Shown here one piece after another: positions 13,546 through 22,974 of a stretch of 56,198 bases of DNA (its first letter is position 1; each line of letters opens with the position of its first letter). The notes beneath the pieces were generated by a model. It searched no databases. It was given only the letters and a program-made list of their open reading frames with translations, and had not been told where the DNA came from. The stretch lies in sequence record DRR723986_7891; one strand, 5' to 3'. Made by a program: the position numbers and the translations under genes.

Positions 13546-16500
13546 GCATCGTCGACGCCGCGCAACGGGCGGAAGCCCTGGACACCTGCCGCAGTTTCTG
13601 CGTTACCGCGCCAGCCGGTTCCGGCAAGACCGGCCTGTTGATCCAGCGTTTCCTCGCCCTGCTGGCCCGCGTCGAGCGCCCGGAGCAGGTTCTGGCCATT
13701 ACGTTTACTCGCAAGGCCGCTGCGGAGATGCAGGAGCGTGTGGCCCAGGCTCTCGAGGGGGCTGCCCTGCAAACACCGGTAGCGGACGATCATGAGCAGG
13801 TGACTCGCGACCTTGCCGAGGCGGCTCTGGCGGCAGGCGAGCGCCTGGGTTGGCAGTTACTGCGTGACACGGCAGCGCTGAACATCAAGACAATCGACAG
13901 TTTCTGCGCCGGCCTGACCCGCCAGATGCCGATTCTCAGCCAGTTCGGCGGCCAGGCCAGCCCCGCGGATGATGCCGATGAGCTCTACCGCGAGGCGGTC
14001 AGGGACTTGCTCGCGCTGATTGATACTGACAGCGCACTGGCGGCCGACCTGCGAGCCTTGCTGCTGCACTTTGATAACAACTGGGACAAGCTGGAAAACC
14101 TGCTGGTCAGTATGCTCAGTCGGCGCGACCAGTGGCAGGATTACACAGGGGCCCACGTGGCGCCGGTGGACGCCGAGCGACGGCTGCTGGCAACGGTGAG
14201 TCGCGTGCTGGAAGAGCGGCTCGCCGAGCTGCGCGAACTGCTGGTGCCGTGGGAGCGCGAGCTGGCAGCACTGCTTGCTTACGCTGCAGACAACCTCGGT
14301 AAGCCGGCGAGCAGCGGCCTACCCGCCGCACGGGTGGCGTTACTTGATGACTGGCGTCGGGTGGCGGCGCTACTGCTCACCGCCAGCGATGACTGGCGCA
14401 AGACGGTCACGGTCAGGGAGGGCTTTCCGGCCGGCAAGGGTGAGGCAAGTGAGTGGAAGGCGCGTCATACGGCACTGAAAGACGAACTGTCAGCCGTGTC
14501 GGGGCTGCGGGATGAGCTGGTCATGCTCAAGGGGCTGCCGGATATGAGCGGTAACAGCACCTCCTGGCAACTGGTGCTCCATCTGTCGCATATTCTGCCG
14601 AATCTGGCCGCCTGCCTGTTGCTGGTATTTCGGCGCAGGGGGCAGGTAGACCACAGCCAGGTGGCGCAGTCGGCTCTGGATGCCCTAGGTGATGATGACA
14701 CGCCAACCGAACTCGCGTTGAAGCTGGATTACAGGATAGAGCACATCCTGGTCGACGAATTCCAGGATACGGCGATCAACCAGTACACCCTGGTCAGCAG
14801 GCTGTCCCGCGGTTGGGCCGAACACAATGCCGTTGATCCCGAGCGTCCGCGAACGCTGTTTGTTGTCGGCGATGGGATGCAGTCAATTTACGGCTTTCGC
14901 GAAGCCAATGTCGGCTTGTTCCTCAAGGCCCAGGCCGAGGGCTTCAACGGGGTGCGTCTCGAGCCGCTGGTATTACAGAGCAACTTCCGTTCGAAGCCCG
15001 GTATCGTCGACTGGGTAAACCAGACCTTTGCCCTGGCCTTTCCCGCGGTGGACAACCATCGCCGGGGCAGGGTCAGCTTCAGCGCCGCGACGGCGGTAAA
15101 GCCCGGAGGCGGCGGGCCGGCGGTCAGCCTCCACGGATTCACCGGCGACCACGCGCGAACCCAGGAAGGTCGCTTTATTGCGCAACGCGTGGCCGCCGCG
15201 CTGCAGGAAGCTGATGGGGAGTCCATCGTCATTCTCGGGCGCAGCCGCGCGCAACTGGCGCCGACCCTTGCCGCCTTGCGAGAGCGTGGTATTGCCTATG
15301 CCGCGCAGGACATGGACCCGCTGGAGACCGCCTTTGCGATAACAGACCTGATGACCTTGTGTCGTGCCCTGGCCAACCCTGCCGACCGGGTCGCCTGGTT
15401 TGCCTTGTTGCGGGCGCCCTGGTGTGGTCTTGCGCTGACCGACCTGCAATGCGTTGCCCGTTGGGCTGAGCGACCTGCATTGGCGTATCCCCTGGACGTG
15501 TTTTCCGATCCGGCGCTGGCCGCTGAACTCTCGGTTGACGGGGCGGCGCGCATTGCGCATCTGGCGCAGGGACTGCATTGGGCAAGCCTGCGCCGTGACC
15601 GGCTCGGCCTGCGAGCCTGGATTGAACAGACCTGGTTGCGCCTTGGCGGGCCAGCCTGCGTGCCCGGCAGCGGTGGCCTGCGTGACGCCGATACGTTTTT
15701 CGGGCTCCTGGAATTGGCCGATGCCGAGGGTGTGGGCCTCGACATACAGTGGCTGCAACGCCGCCTGACCCGCTTGTATGCGACCGGTGACAGCCCCGAT
15801 GCCCGGGTACAGGTAATGACCCTGCACAAGGCCAAGGGCCTTGAATTCGACTGGGTGTTTATCCCTGCGCTGGCAGCCCGTCCACGCAGTGATAGCCGGC
15901 CGCTGCTGCTGTGGGATGACTATGTCAGTCCCAGCGGCGAGCGCGGCTTCCTGCTTGCCGCTGATGATCATTGTGACGACAAGCAGCCAACGCTGTACAA
16001 CTTCCTGCGTCGGCATGAGAAGGAAAAATCTGGCATGGAAGCGACCCGGCTGCTGTATGTCGGGGCCACGCGGGCGATCAGCCACCTGCACCTGAGCGCC
16101 AGCCTGCAACTCGACAGCAAGGCTGATGAGGCGGCGGGTGCCGTGGTCAAGCCGCCCCCCGGCACCAGCTTGCTGCACTCGATATGGCCGACCTTTCGCG
16201 ACGCAATGCAATTGCATCCGGAGGAAGTGTCGCCGGACAGCGCGCCGCAGCCGCTGGCAGAATCCCGCGGGTTGTGGCGCCTTGCCGGGGTGCCGCCCGC
16301 AATAACAGCGATGCCCGTGGCTACCGGTATCGGCAATATTCCGGAGCGGGTGCGTAACCGGGTCGATCGGCATGTGGGAACCGTGGTCCACCTCGCGCTG
16401 GAGGAATTGGGGCAAGGCGCAAGCGTGCCCGAATGCGCTGGCGAGGCCGAACTGTCCCGCTGGCGGGATGCTCTGCGCAGCCTCGGTCTACATGGCTCTG

Positions 16501-16904
16501 AACTACAGTCCGCGTTGGACAGGGTGCAGGTGCTGGTCAATAACACCCTGGCTGACCGTGAGGCCGGTCGCTGGCTGCTGGATTCAGGGCATGCTGACGC
16601 GCAGGTGGAACTCGCCCTGACCCGGGTCACGGGAGAGGGCGTCACCAGCGATATTATTATCGACCGAAGTTTTCTCGATCGGGACACGGGGCAGCGCTGG
16701 ATCATCGATTACAAGACGTCGCAGCCATTGCCCGGCGAGGCCCGGGCAGATTTCCTGGCCAGGGAGCGGGCCAGTTACCGCCAGCAACTCAGGAACTATA
16801 GGGATGCCCTGGTGGGTTTGGCCCCGGGGCCGGTGTGCTGCGCGCTGTACTTCTGCGCGATAAGCCACCTGGAGGAGGTCGATCCCGACGCCCAGGATAC
16901 CTAG
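13542..16904 (+). CDS. AddA-like UvrD/SF1 helicase-nuclease
   Basis: APAGSGKT, AITFTRKAA, VDEFQDT, VGDGMQSIYGFR, TLHKAKGLEF and C-terminal IIDYKT. ATGA overlap with the upstream gene. Confidence 0.9.
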   Translation: MSIVDAAQRAEALDTCRSFCVTAPAGSGKTGLLIQRFLALLARVERPEQVLAITFTRKAAAEMQERVAQALEGAALQTPVADDHEQVTRDLAEAALAAGERLGWQLLRDTAALNIKTIDSFCAGLTRQMPILSQFGGQASPADDADELYREAVRDLLALIDTDSALAADLRALLLHFDNNWDKLENLLVSMLSRRDQWQDYTGAHVAPVDAERRLLATVSRVLEERLAELRELLVPWERELAALLAYAADNLGKPASSGLPAARVALLDDWRRVAALLLTASDDWRKTVTVREGFPAGKGEASEWKARHTALKDELSAVSGLRDELVMLKGLPDMSGNSTSWQLVLHLSHILPNLAACLLLVFRRRGQVDHSQVAQSALDALGDDDTPTELALKLDYRIEHILVDEFQDTAINQYTLVSRLSRGWAEHNAVDPERPRTLFVVGDGMQSIYGFREANVGLFLKAQAEGFNGVRLEPLVLQSNFRSKPGIVDWVNQTFALAFPAVDNHRRGRVSFSAATAVKPGGGGPAVSLHGFTGDHARTQEGRFIAQRVAAALQEADGESIVILGRSRAQLAPTLAALRERGIAYAAQDMDPLETAFAITDLMTLCRALANPADRVAWFALLRAPWCGLALTDLQCVARWAERPALAYPLDVFSDPALAAELSVDGAARIAHLAQGLHWASLRRDRLGLRAWIEQTWLRLGGPACVPGSGGLRDADTFFGLLELADAEGVGLDIQWLQRRLTRLYATGDSPDARVQVMTLHKAKGLEFDWVFIPALAARPRSDSRPLLLWDDYVSPSGERGFLLAADDHCDDKQPTLYNFLRRHEKEKSGMEATRLLYVGATRAISHLHLSASLQLDSKADEAAGAVVKPPPGTSLLHSIWPTFRDAMQLHPEEVSPDSAPQPLAESRGLWRLAGVPPAITAMPVATGIGNIPERVRNRVDRHVGTVVHLALEELGQGASVPECAGEAELSRWRDALRSLGLHGSELQSALDRVQVLVNNTLADREAGRWLLDSGHADAQVELALTRVTGEGVTSDIIIDRSFLDRDTGQRWIIDYKTSQPLPGEARADFLARERASYRQQLRNYRDALVGLAPGPVCCALYFCAISHLEEVDPDAQDT

Positions 16905-17770
16905 CCGCAGCGACTGATGATGTCGTCTGCGTAGCGTTTTATGCCATCAATCTTATGTTCGAGCAGTTCCGATTCACCATGGTAGAAGGGCCACGGCATG
17001 GTGAGAATATGGGTGACACCCGCATCCTCCAGGCGGCGGTAGCCATCCACGTCCCAGGCGTCAGACGGGGTAGCCATCACTTCAAAGGGCGTATTCTCTC
17101 GTCCAAACTCACAGCGCCAGGCCTTGATGCGCTCGATACTGTGAATGATGTCGTCACTGGTCTGCAGGTCAGTAACCCAGCCGTCGGCGAGGCGGGCGGC
17201 GCGGCGCATCGCCGGGTCGGAAATGCCGCCGATCCAGATAGGAATGTCCCCGTCGGGGGCGGGATTCATTTCCATCGGACCGAACTGGTAGTGCTCACCC
17301 TGGTATTCCACCATGTCACCGCTCCACAGCAGGCGCATGATTTCGAGCATCTCGTCGGTGCGTTTACCCCGGGTATGGAAATCCTGCTGCATTAGTTCGA
17401 ACTCATCCCGGGACCAGCCGACCCCGAAGGCGGGGGTCACCCGGTTGTTGGACACGATGGCCGCGGTACTGATCGCCTTGGCAACCAGATAGGGGTTGCG
17501 CATGGGGAGCACGAAAATATTGTTGGTGAAGCGCAGCTTGCTGGTGATCGTGGCGAGAGCGCCGATCATGACCCAGGGGTCAGGCCAGTCGGTGAACGCG
17601 GGCCAGCGCCGACTACCGTCATCGGTGTAAGGGTAGGGCGTGTTGATGGTCTCCGGGTTGACCACATGATCTGAAAACGACATCGCATGCCAGCCGTGGC
17701 TGTCGGCTACGGGGGCGATGGCGGTGAGATGTGCAACAGTACTGAAGGATGTAGAGAGGACAAATTTCAC
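16901..17770 (-). CDS. LLM-class (luciferase-like) oxidoreductase, putative F420-dependent subfamily
   Basis: SDHVV, DPWVMIGALA, GVGWSRDEF, IPIWIGG and RRAARLADGW. GTG start inferred at 17770. Confidence 0.8.
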   Translation of the reverse strand: MKFVLSTSFSTVAHLTAIAPVADSHGWHAMSFSDHVVNPETINTPYPYTDDGSRRWPAFTDWPDPWVMIGALATITSKLRFTNNIFVLPMRNPYLVAKAISTAAIVSNNRVTPAFGVGWSRDEFELMQQDFHTRGKRTDEMLEIMRLLWSGDMVEYQGEHYQFGPMEMNPAPDGDIPIWIGGISDPAMRRAARLADGWVTDLQTSDDIIHSIERIKAWRCEFGRENTPFEVMATPSDAWDVDGYRRLEDAGVTHILTMPWPFYHGESELLEHKIDGIKRYADDIISRCG

Positions 17771-17858
17771 AGCGGGTCTCCGGGCTTTACCGATCACGGT
17801 CGATATCACAGAATGCAGATCGACCCGTAATTCTTGCCGCTTAGGGGGTATGACGGCC

Positions 17859-18052
17859 ATGCCTTTCTTCAAGGACCGGTTTATCGATCAAATTGTCATA
17901 CTGACCGGTGCGGGTATCTCCGCAGAATCGGGGCTTGCTACCTTCCGCGACCCCGATGGGCTGTGGCAGAGGCGCGATCCCATGACGATCGCCACGGACC
18001 GGCGACCCGGGAGGTGCCGCGCCTGGTAGGTGAGCTGTTGGATTGTGGGTAG
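17859..18052 (+). pseudogene. cobB: NAD-dependent deacylase (sirtuin) pseudogene with a large internal deletion and frameshift
   Basis: Frame 1 gives the Sir2 N-terminus IVILTGAGISAESGLATFRDPDGLW. A second frame gives a CobB-like C-terminus HGPATREVPRLVGELL*. The middle of the gene is absent. Confidence 0.85.
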
Positions 18053-18057
18053 TGGCA

Positions 18058-18077
18058 AGGGCGGCCAGAGCCGCCCT
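18058..18077. terminator. GC hairpin between convergent genes
   Basis: AGGGCGGC-caga-GCCGCCCT; no long T tail. Confidence 0.45.
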
Positions 18078-18096
18078 GATCAAGCCTGCGGAGAAA

Positions 18097-18681
18097 TTAC
18101 TCGGTGACGGGTTCCAGGGTCATCGCAATCGCCTCGGAGTACACCAGGACGATGGTCTGCCCCAGGGTAACGCCCGCCATTTTTTCCGGCTCTACATCGG
18201 CGATAACGTGGGCCTTGCCACGAGGGTCCATGACGGTCACGGTGCCGAGCAGACGGTTCATGCCCTCGATAGTGCAGACTGCACGAATGACCCGCGCGCC
18301 GGCCACCGTGGGCTGCTCACCTTCGGCCGATGCGCCAGCTTCTTCCAGCACGATCCAGGGCTCCGCCAGTTCTTCCTCGGTTGGTGCGCGCAGTTCACCC
18401 TCGAGTGATTCCAGATAAGTCGCTACCAGGGTATCGCCAACGCTGACGTCCTCCAGGTTGACCACCTGCTCGCTGGCGGTCAGGGTTACGGTATTGCCCA
18501 TCGGCCCCTTGAGACTGACCTGCCGGTTCTCAAGGTCGATATCGGTAACCACTGCCTCAACCGTCATCACCATCGCGCGACCGCCGGACGTCGGCATCGA
18601 CGCCTCTTCGGCAGTCGCGAACAAGGGTAGGGCGAGCAGGGCGGACAGGGCTGCACGGCGGATAAGTTGGTATGCGTTCAT
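18097..18681 (-). CDS. Secreted hypothetical protein with two beta-rich (OB-fold-like) repeats
   Basis: Signal peptide (...LPLFATA|EE). Repeats AVVTDIDLENRQVSLKG...VSVGDTLVATY and CTIEGMNRLLGTVTVMD...VTLGQTIVLVY. Confidence 0.75.
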   Translation of the reverse strand: MNAYQLIRRAALSALLALPLFATAEEASMPTSGGRAMVMTVEAVVTDIDLENRQVSLKGPMGNTVTLTASEQVVNLEDVSVGDTLVATYLESLEGELRAPTEEELAEPWIVLEEAGASAEGEQPTVAGARVIRAVCTIEGMNRLLGTVTVMDPRGKAHVIADVEPEKMAGVTLGQTIVLVYSEAIAMTLEPVTE

Positions 18682-18745
18682 GCTTGGGCTTCCTATTGGC
18701 AGAGGTTTAAACGGTAATTAGTTGGGGGTACCAGGTGGCGGCCAG

Positions 18746-20095
18746 TCAGCCACCCGAGACGTACAGGGTCAGCTCCTGGCCGGGCTGCAGGTATTTGCCG
18801 GGGTCCAGGGAATTCCAGTTGATAATTTCATCGATCGAGACATCAAAGCGGGTGGCAATGCCGTACAGCGAATCCCCTTGTCGAACCCGGTAGCCTCGCT
18901 CGGAGCGGGTCTTGTCCGCATTGGCCAGTGCCAGGCTGCTGGCCCAGGCGCTGCCCTGCGGAATCATCATCGTGTCCCCGGCGCGAATCATGTTCCCGCG
19001 GATATTGTTGACTTCACGCAACAGCCCGACCTCGGTGCTGAACTGTTTGGCAATCCTGATAAGACTGTCTCCCCGGCGGATGCGGTAGTGCTGCCAGCTT
19101 ACCCGATCATCCGGGGTCAGTTGTGCAACCTGCATCCGGAAACGGTCGCCAACGCCAGCGGGCAACAGTAGTTCCTGTGCCTGGTCGGGTGAGGTAGCCC
19201 AGCGTAGCTGCCCGGGATTAAAGGCACGCAGTTCCGCGAGTTCCATTCCCGCCAGCTCCGCCGCCCGCAGCATCTCGATCTGACCTCCTGTTTCCGCTAT
19301 GTCGAAAGCCGGCTCGTTGGGAATCACCGGTAAGGTGACCCCAAACGTATCGGGAAAGGCGACGATGGCGCTCAGTGCTATCAGTTTCGGCACGTAATGG
19401 CGGGTTTCCCTGGGCAGGTCCAGCGACCAGTAATCCGTCGGCTTGCCGCGTTTTTCATTGGCAGCCCGGGCCCGGCTCACGCGGCCTTTGCCGGAGTTAT
19501 ATGCGGCCAGCGCCAGCAACCAGTCCTCGTCGAACTCGGCATGCAGGCCCTCCAGGTAGTCAAGGGCGAAGTCGGTCGATTCGCGCAGATCGAGACGCCC
19601 GTCATACCACCAGTTCTGCTTGACGCCGTAATGCCTCGCGGTGGCGGGCATGATCTGCCACAGTCCGGCAGCTTTCTGCGAGGAGTAGGCAAAGGGATTA
19701 AGTGTGCTTTCGACCAGCGGTAACAGCGCGATTTCCATCGGCATGCCACGTCGCTCAACCTCTTCGACGATATAGTGCAGGTAGCGCTCGGCACGCTCGG
19801 AGACGACCGGGAAATAGTTGGGCTGGCGCAAATAGCCATCGCGCGCCTTGCCCACCTGGGCATTATGGATGGACTGCCAGCTTAGCCCCCTGCGCACCCG
19901 TTCCCACAAATCCTGGGCGGGGGGCAGGGGTTCCGCCGGGTCGGGTTCCGGATGTTCGATCGGCCCGTAGATGCTCGCGACCGGTGCCTGCTTGGCTCGC
20001 GGGGGCTCTGCATCGGTGATAATCGGCGGTGCGGTCTGACATGCCGCCAGCAGCACAGCAAGGGAAGTTGCTGTAAATAAGCCCCGTATCTTCAT
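18746..20095 (-). CDS. mltD: Membrane-bound lytic murein transglycosylase D (SLT + LysM), lipoprotein
   Basis: Lipobox LAAC, LLPLVES, AAGLWQ, ALAAYNSG, ETRHYVPK and LysM repeats. Confidence 0.92.
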   Translation of the reverse strand: MKIRGLFTATSLAVLLAACQTAPPIITDAEPPRAKQAPVASIYGPIEHPEPDPAEPLPPAQDLWERVRRGLSWQSIHNAQVGKARDGYLRQPNYFPVVSERAERYLHYIVEEVERRGMPMEIALLPLVESTLNPFAYSSQKAAGLWQIMPATARHYGVKQNWWYDGRLDLRESTDFALDYLEGLHAEFDEDWLLALAAYNSGKGRVSRARAANEKRGKPTDYWSLDLPRETRHYVPKLIALSAIVAFPDTFGVTLPVIPNEPAFDIAETGGQIEMLRAAELAGMELAELRAFNPGQLRWATSPDQAQELLLPAGVGDRFRMQVAQLTPDDRVSWQHYRIRRGDSLIRIAKQFSTEVGLLREVNNIRGNMIRAGDTMMIPQGSAWASSLALANADKTRSERGYRVRQGDSLYGIATRFDVSIDEIINWNSLDPGKYLQPGQELTLYVSGG

Positions 20096-20127
20096 GTTTT
20101 TATTAATATTTATGCCGTCTTTATCTG

Positions 20128-20901
20128 CTAGAAGTTGTCTTTCCAAGCACGAACTGTAGCGAAAACCTCGGCCCCTGTCTGCCCCTGGAGTTTGCCCTGG
20201 GCCGCCAGCGCTGCCTGCAATGCCGGCTCCGCGCAGCGCAGGAAGGGATTGGTGTCCAGCTCAAGGCTAATTTCGGAGGGCACGGTAGGCTCCCCACGGG
20301 CCCTCGCAGCCTGTGCGCGCTCAACCCGCAGGGCCAGTTCACGGTTGTCCGGTTCGACGGCGCTGGCAAAGGCCAGGTTGGCCAGGGTGTATTCATGGGC
20401 GCAGAAAATACGGGTGGCGGCTGGCAGGGCGGCCAGTTGCTGGAGTGAGTTGTGCATCATCGGGAACGTGCCCTCGAATACCCGGCCGCAGCCGCCGGCG
20501 AACAGGGTGTCGCCACAGAACAGCAGCGGGGGGTCGCCCTGATGAAAATAGGCAATGTGGTCCAGGGTGTGTCCAGGGACTTCCAGGACCCGGAAACCGG
20601 CACCCAGTACTTCGATTTTGTCGCCGGCGGACAGGCGGTGGTCCAGCAGCGGGATCGCATCGTTCCTGGGGCCGAAAATCTGGCAGCCAGTGGCCTCCTT
20701 GAGTGCTTCCAGGCCGCCGACATGATCAAAATGGTGATGGGTTACGAGGATGCCGGCAAGGGTCAGCGCTTCTGCCTCCAGGGCCGCCAGCACGGGTGCT
20801 GCATCGCCCGGATCAACAACGAATGCCTGCCTGGTTCCCGGTTCGCTGAGCAGCCAGATGTAATTGTCTGTGAAGGCGGGGATCGCTTGAATCTGCATCA
20901 T
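20128..20901 (-). CDS. gloB: Hydroxyacylglutathione hydrolase (glyoxalase II)
   Basis: THHHFDHVGG, PGHTLDH, GDTLFAGGCGR and CAHEYT. Confidence 0.95.
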   Translation of the reverse strand: MMQIQAIPAFTDNYIWLLSEPGTRQAFVVDPGDAAPVLAALEAEALTLAGILVTHHHFDHVGGLEALKEATGCQIFGPRNDAIPLLDHRLSAGDKIEVLGAGFRVLEVPGHTLDHIAYFHQGDPPLLFCGDTLFAGGCGRVFEGTFPMMHNSLQQLAALPAATRIFCAHEYTLANLAFASAVEPDNRELALRVERAQAARARGEPTVPSEISLELDTNPFLRCAEPALQAALAAQGKLQGQTGAEVFATVRAWKDNF

Positions 20902-20981
20902 GGGGATTGGGTCCGGAAGCTTGCAATGGCGGGTGGTTGCCCGATAACCTGCACAGCACCAATCGGGCAGCGCTGTGGTTC

Positions 20982-21773
20982 ATGAAACAAAAGTCTAACG
21001 ATATTTCGGCCCTACTGGAATCCTGGTATAGCCGCGATAACGGCAACTACCTCATGGACGGTCTCGAACAGACGCTGAAACCCATCCTCGATCTCACTTT
21101 CGGCTACCATATTCTGCAGCTTGGGCCGTTGCGCGATCGCACACTGCAGGCCGCGAGTCCGATCCACCACCGTATTTATGCCGGTGCCCGCCCGGGCAAA
21201 CTGGTCAATCTGCTGACCCTGCCTGACGAGCTACCCCTGGAAAGTGACAGTGTTGACGCGATCATCGCCTTCCACTGCCTGGAATTCAGCGCCCAGCCTC
21301 ACCAGGCACTGCGGGAAATGCACCGCGTGCTGACGCCCCACGGGCACCTCATCGTGATCGGCTTCAGCCCGTATAGCCTCCAGGGATTCAACAGTCGCAC
21401 CCGAGGCCTGTTGGGCAACCCCTTGTGGCGCCAGCACCAGCCCCTTAGCCAGCGGCGGCTGAACGACTGGCTGCACCTTCTCGGCTGTGAGGTAGAGCAG
21501 GTGCAGCGCCTGTATACCATCCCCCCGATCGGTCGCGGCCGGTTGCGGAAGTGGTTGACGGGGCTCGATCACTGGTCCGCGCAGGTCGGCCTGCCCCTCG
21601 GTGGGGTCTATGTCACCCACTCGATCAAGCAGGTCACCGGGCTCACCCGCCCCCGGGAGCGGGTGCGGCGCGGGGCGCGACTGATTGGCCTTGCCGTACC
21701 GAAACCGGCGAGCTCGCCCAGTCCGGTGCCGGTGACGCCGGTGCGCCGTAATTCGCGTGACACTGCCGCATGA
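20982..21773 (+). CDS. SAM-dependent methyltransferase-like protein (YafS type)
   Basis: [18 protein letters not shown] and HCLEF...LREMHRVL; conserved gloB-yafS-rnhA context. Confidence 0.85.
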   Translation: MKQKSNDISALLESWYSRDNGNYLMDGLEQTLKPILDLTFGYHILQLGPLRDRTLQAASPIHHRIYAGARPGKLVNLLTLPDELPLESDSVDAIIAFHCLEFSAQPHQALREMHRVLTPHGHLIVIGFSPYSLQGFNSRTRGLLGNPLWRQHQPLSQRRLNDWLHLLGCEVEQVQRLYTIPPIGRGRLRKWLTGLDHWSAQVGLPLGGVYVTHSIKQVTGLTRPRERVRRGARLIGLAVPKPASSPSPVPVTPVRRNSRDTAA

Positions 21774-22204
21774 AACAGGTCGAGATTTTCACGGATGGCG
21801 CCTGCCGCGGTAATCCCGGGCCCGGTGGCTGGGGTGTGCTGCTGCGTTATCGTGATTCCGAGCGTCACCTCTACGGTGGCGAACGCGACACCACCAACAA
21901 CCGGATGGAACTGCGCGCCGCTATCGAGGGTTTGCGCGCACTCCGTGAGCCCTGCCGTGTAGAGCTGACCACCGACTCCGTCTATGTGCGCAGCGGTATT
22001 ACCGAATGGCTGGCGAACTGGAAGCGCAGGGGCTGGAAAACCGCTGCTAAAAAGCCGGTCAAGAACGATGATCTGTGGCGCGAGCTGGATGAACAGAACC
22101 AGCGCCACGAGGTCTTCTGGCACTGGGTTAAGGGCCACAGCGGACACCGCGAAAACGAGATCGCGGACCAGCTGGCCAACCGCGGCATCGACGAACTGGA
22201 TTAG
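21770..22204 (+). CDS. rnhA: Ribonuclease HI
   Basis: [22 protein letters not shown] and [13 protein letters not shown]. Confidence 0.97.
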   Translation: MKQVEIFTDGACRGNPGPGGWGVLLRYRDSERHLYGGERDTTNNRMELRAAIEGLRALREPCRVELTTDSVYVRSGITEWLANWKRRGWKTAAKKPVKNDDLWRELDEQNQRHEVFWHWVKGHSGHRENEIADQLANRGIDELD

Positions 22205-22220
22205 GATAGGACCAAGCTTT

Positions 22221-22946
22221 ATGCGGCAGATCGTACTGGACACGGAAACCACCGGGCTGGAAGTCAGCCAGGGCCACCGGGTGATCGAGATTGGCTGCGT
22301 CGAGCTGGTGAATCGCCGGCTGACCGGCAAGCATTACCACCAGTACATCAATCCCCAGCGCGAAATCGACCAGGGGGCTATTGAGGTGCACGGTATCACC
22401 AATGAGTTTCTTGCCGATAAGCCGGTCTTCGACCGGGTCGCCCGCGACTTTTTCGACTTCGTGGCGGGCGCTGAGCTGATTATCCACAACGCGCCCTTCG
22501 ATATTGGCTTCATTAACAGCGAGCTGGACCGACTGGGTTCAGGCCTGGGTCCGGTCGACCAGGCCTGTGGGGTAATCGACACCCTGGTCATGGCCCGCAG
22601 CAAGCATCCCGGGCAGCGCAATAACCTGGATGCCCTGTGCCAGCGCTACGGAGTGGACAACTCGCAGCGCGACCTGCATGGGGCGCTGCTGGATGCGGAA
22701 ATCCTGGCAGACGTCTACCTCGCCATGACCGGCGGGCAAACCACCTTCCAGTTATCGGAGTCTTCGCCGGACGATAGCGGCAGACAGGCGGTGGACAGCG
22801 GCCGCCGGCGGCTGGCCGATGATCGGCCGGCGCTACCGGTTATCCGGGCGACGGAGGAGGAGGTCGCTGCGCACAATGCCCAGCTTGACGCGATTGCCAG
22901 CGCGGCCGGTGGCCGTGTGCTGTGGCGAGAGCTACAGGACGCCTGA
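22221..22946 (+). CDS. dnaQ: DNA polymerase III epsilon subunit
   Basis: LDTETTG, IHNAPFD and LHGALLDAEIL. Confidence 0.96.
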   Translation: MRQIVLDTETTGLEVSQGHRVIEIGCVELVNRRLTGKHYHQYINPQREIDQGAIEVHGITNEFLADKPVFDRVARDFFDFVAGAELIIHNAPFDIGFINSELDRLGSGLGPVDQACGVIDTLVMARSKHPGQRNNLDALCQRYGVDNSQRDLHGALLDAEILADVYLAMTGGQTTFQLSESSPDDSGRQAVDSGRRRLADDRPALPVIRATEEEVAAHNAQLDAIASAAGGRVLWRELQDA

Positions 22947-22974
22947 GACCCCCGGGGTACAGCCCGCTGAGAGC

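Noticed and set aside
17718-18029. Sir2 fragment as part of an anti-phage (Thoeris/DSR-type) system with the nearby helicase-nuclease
   Set aside because: The motifs match housekeeping CobB, the gene is deleted internally, and the helicase/nuclease pair looks like AddAB repair genes.
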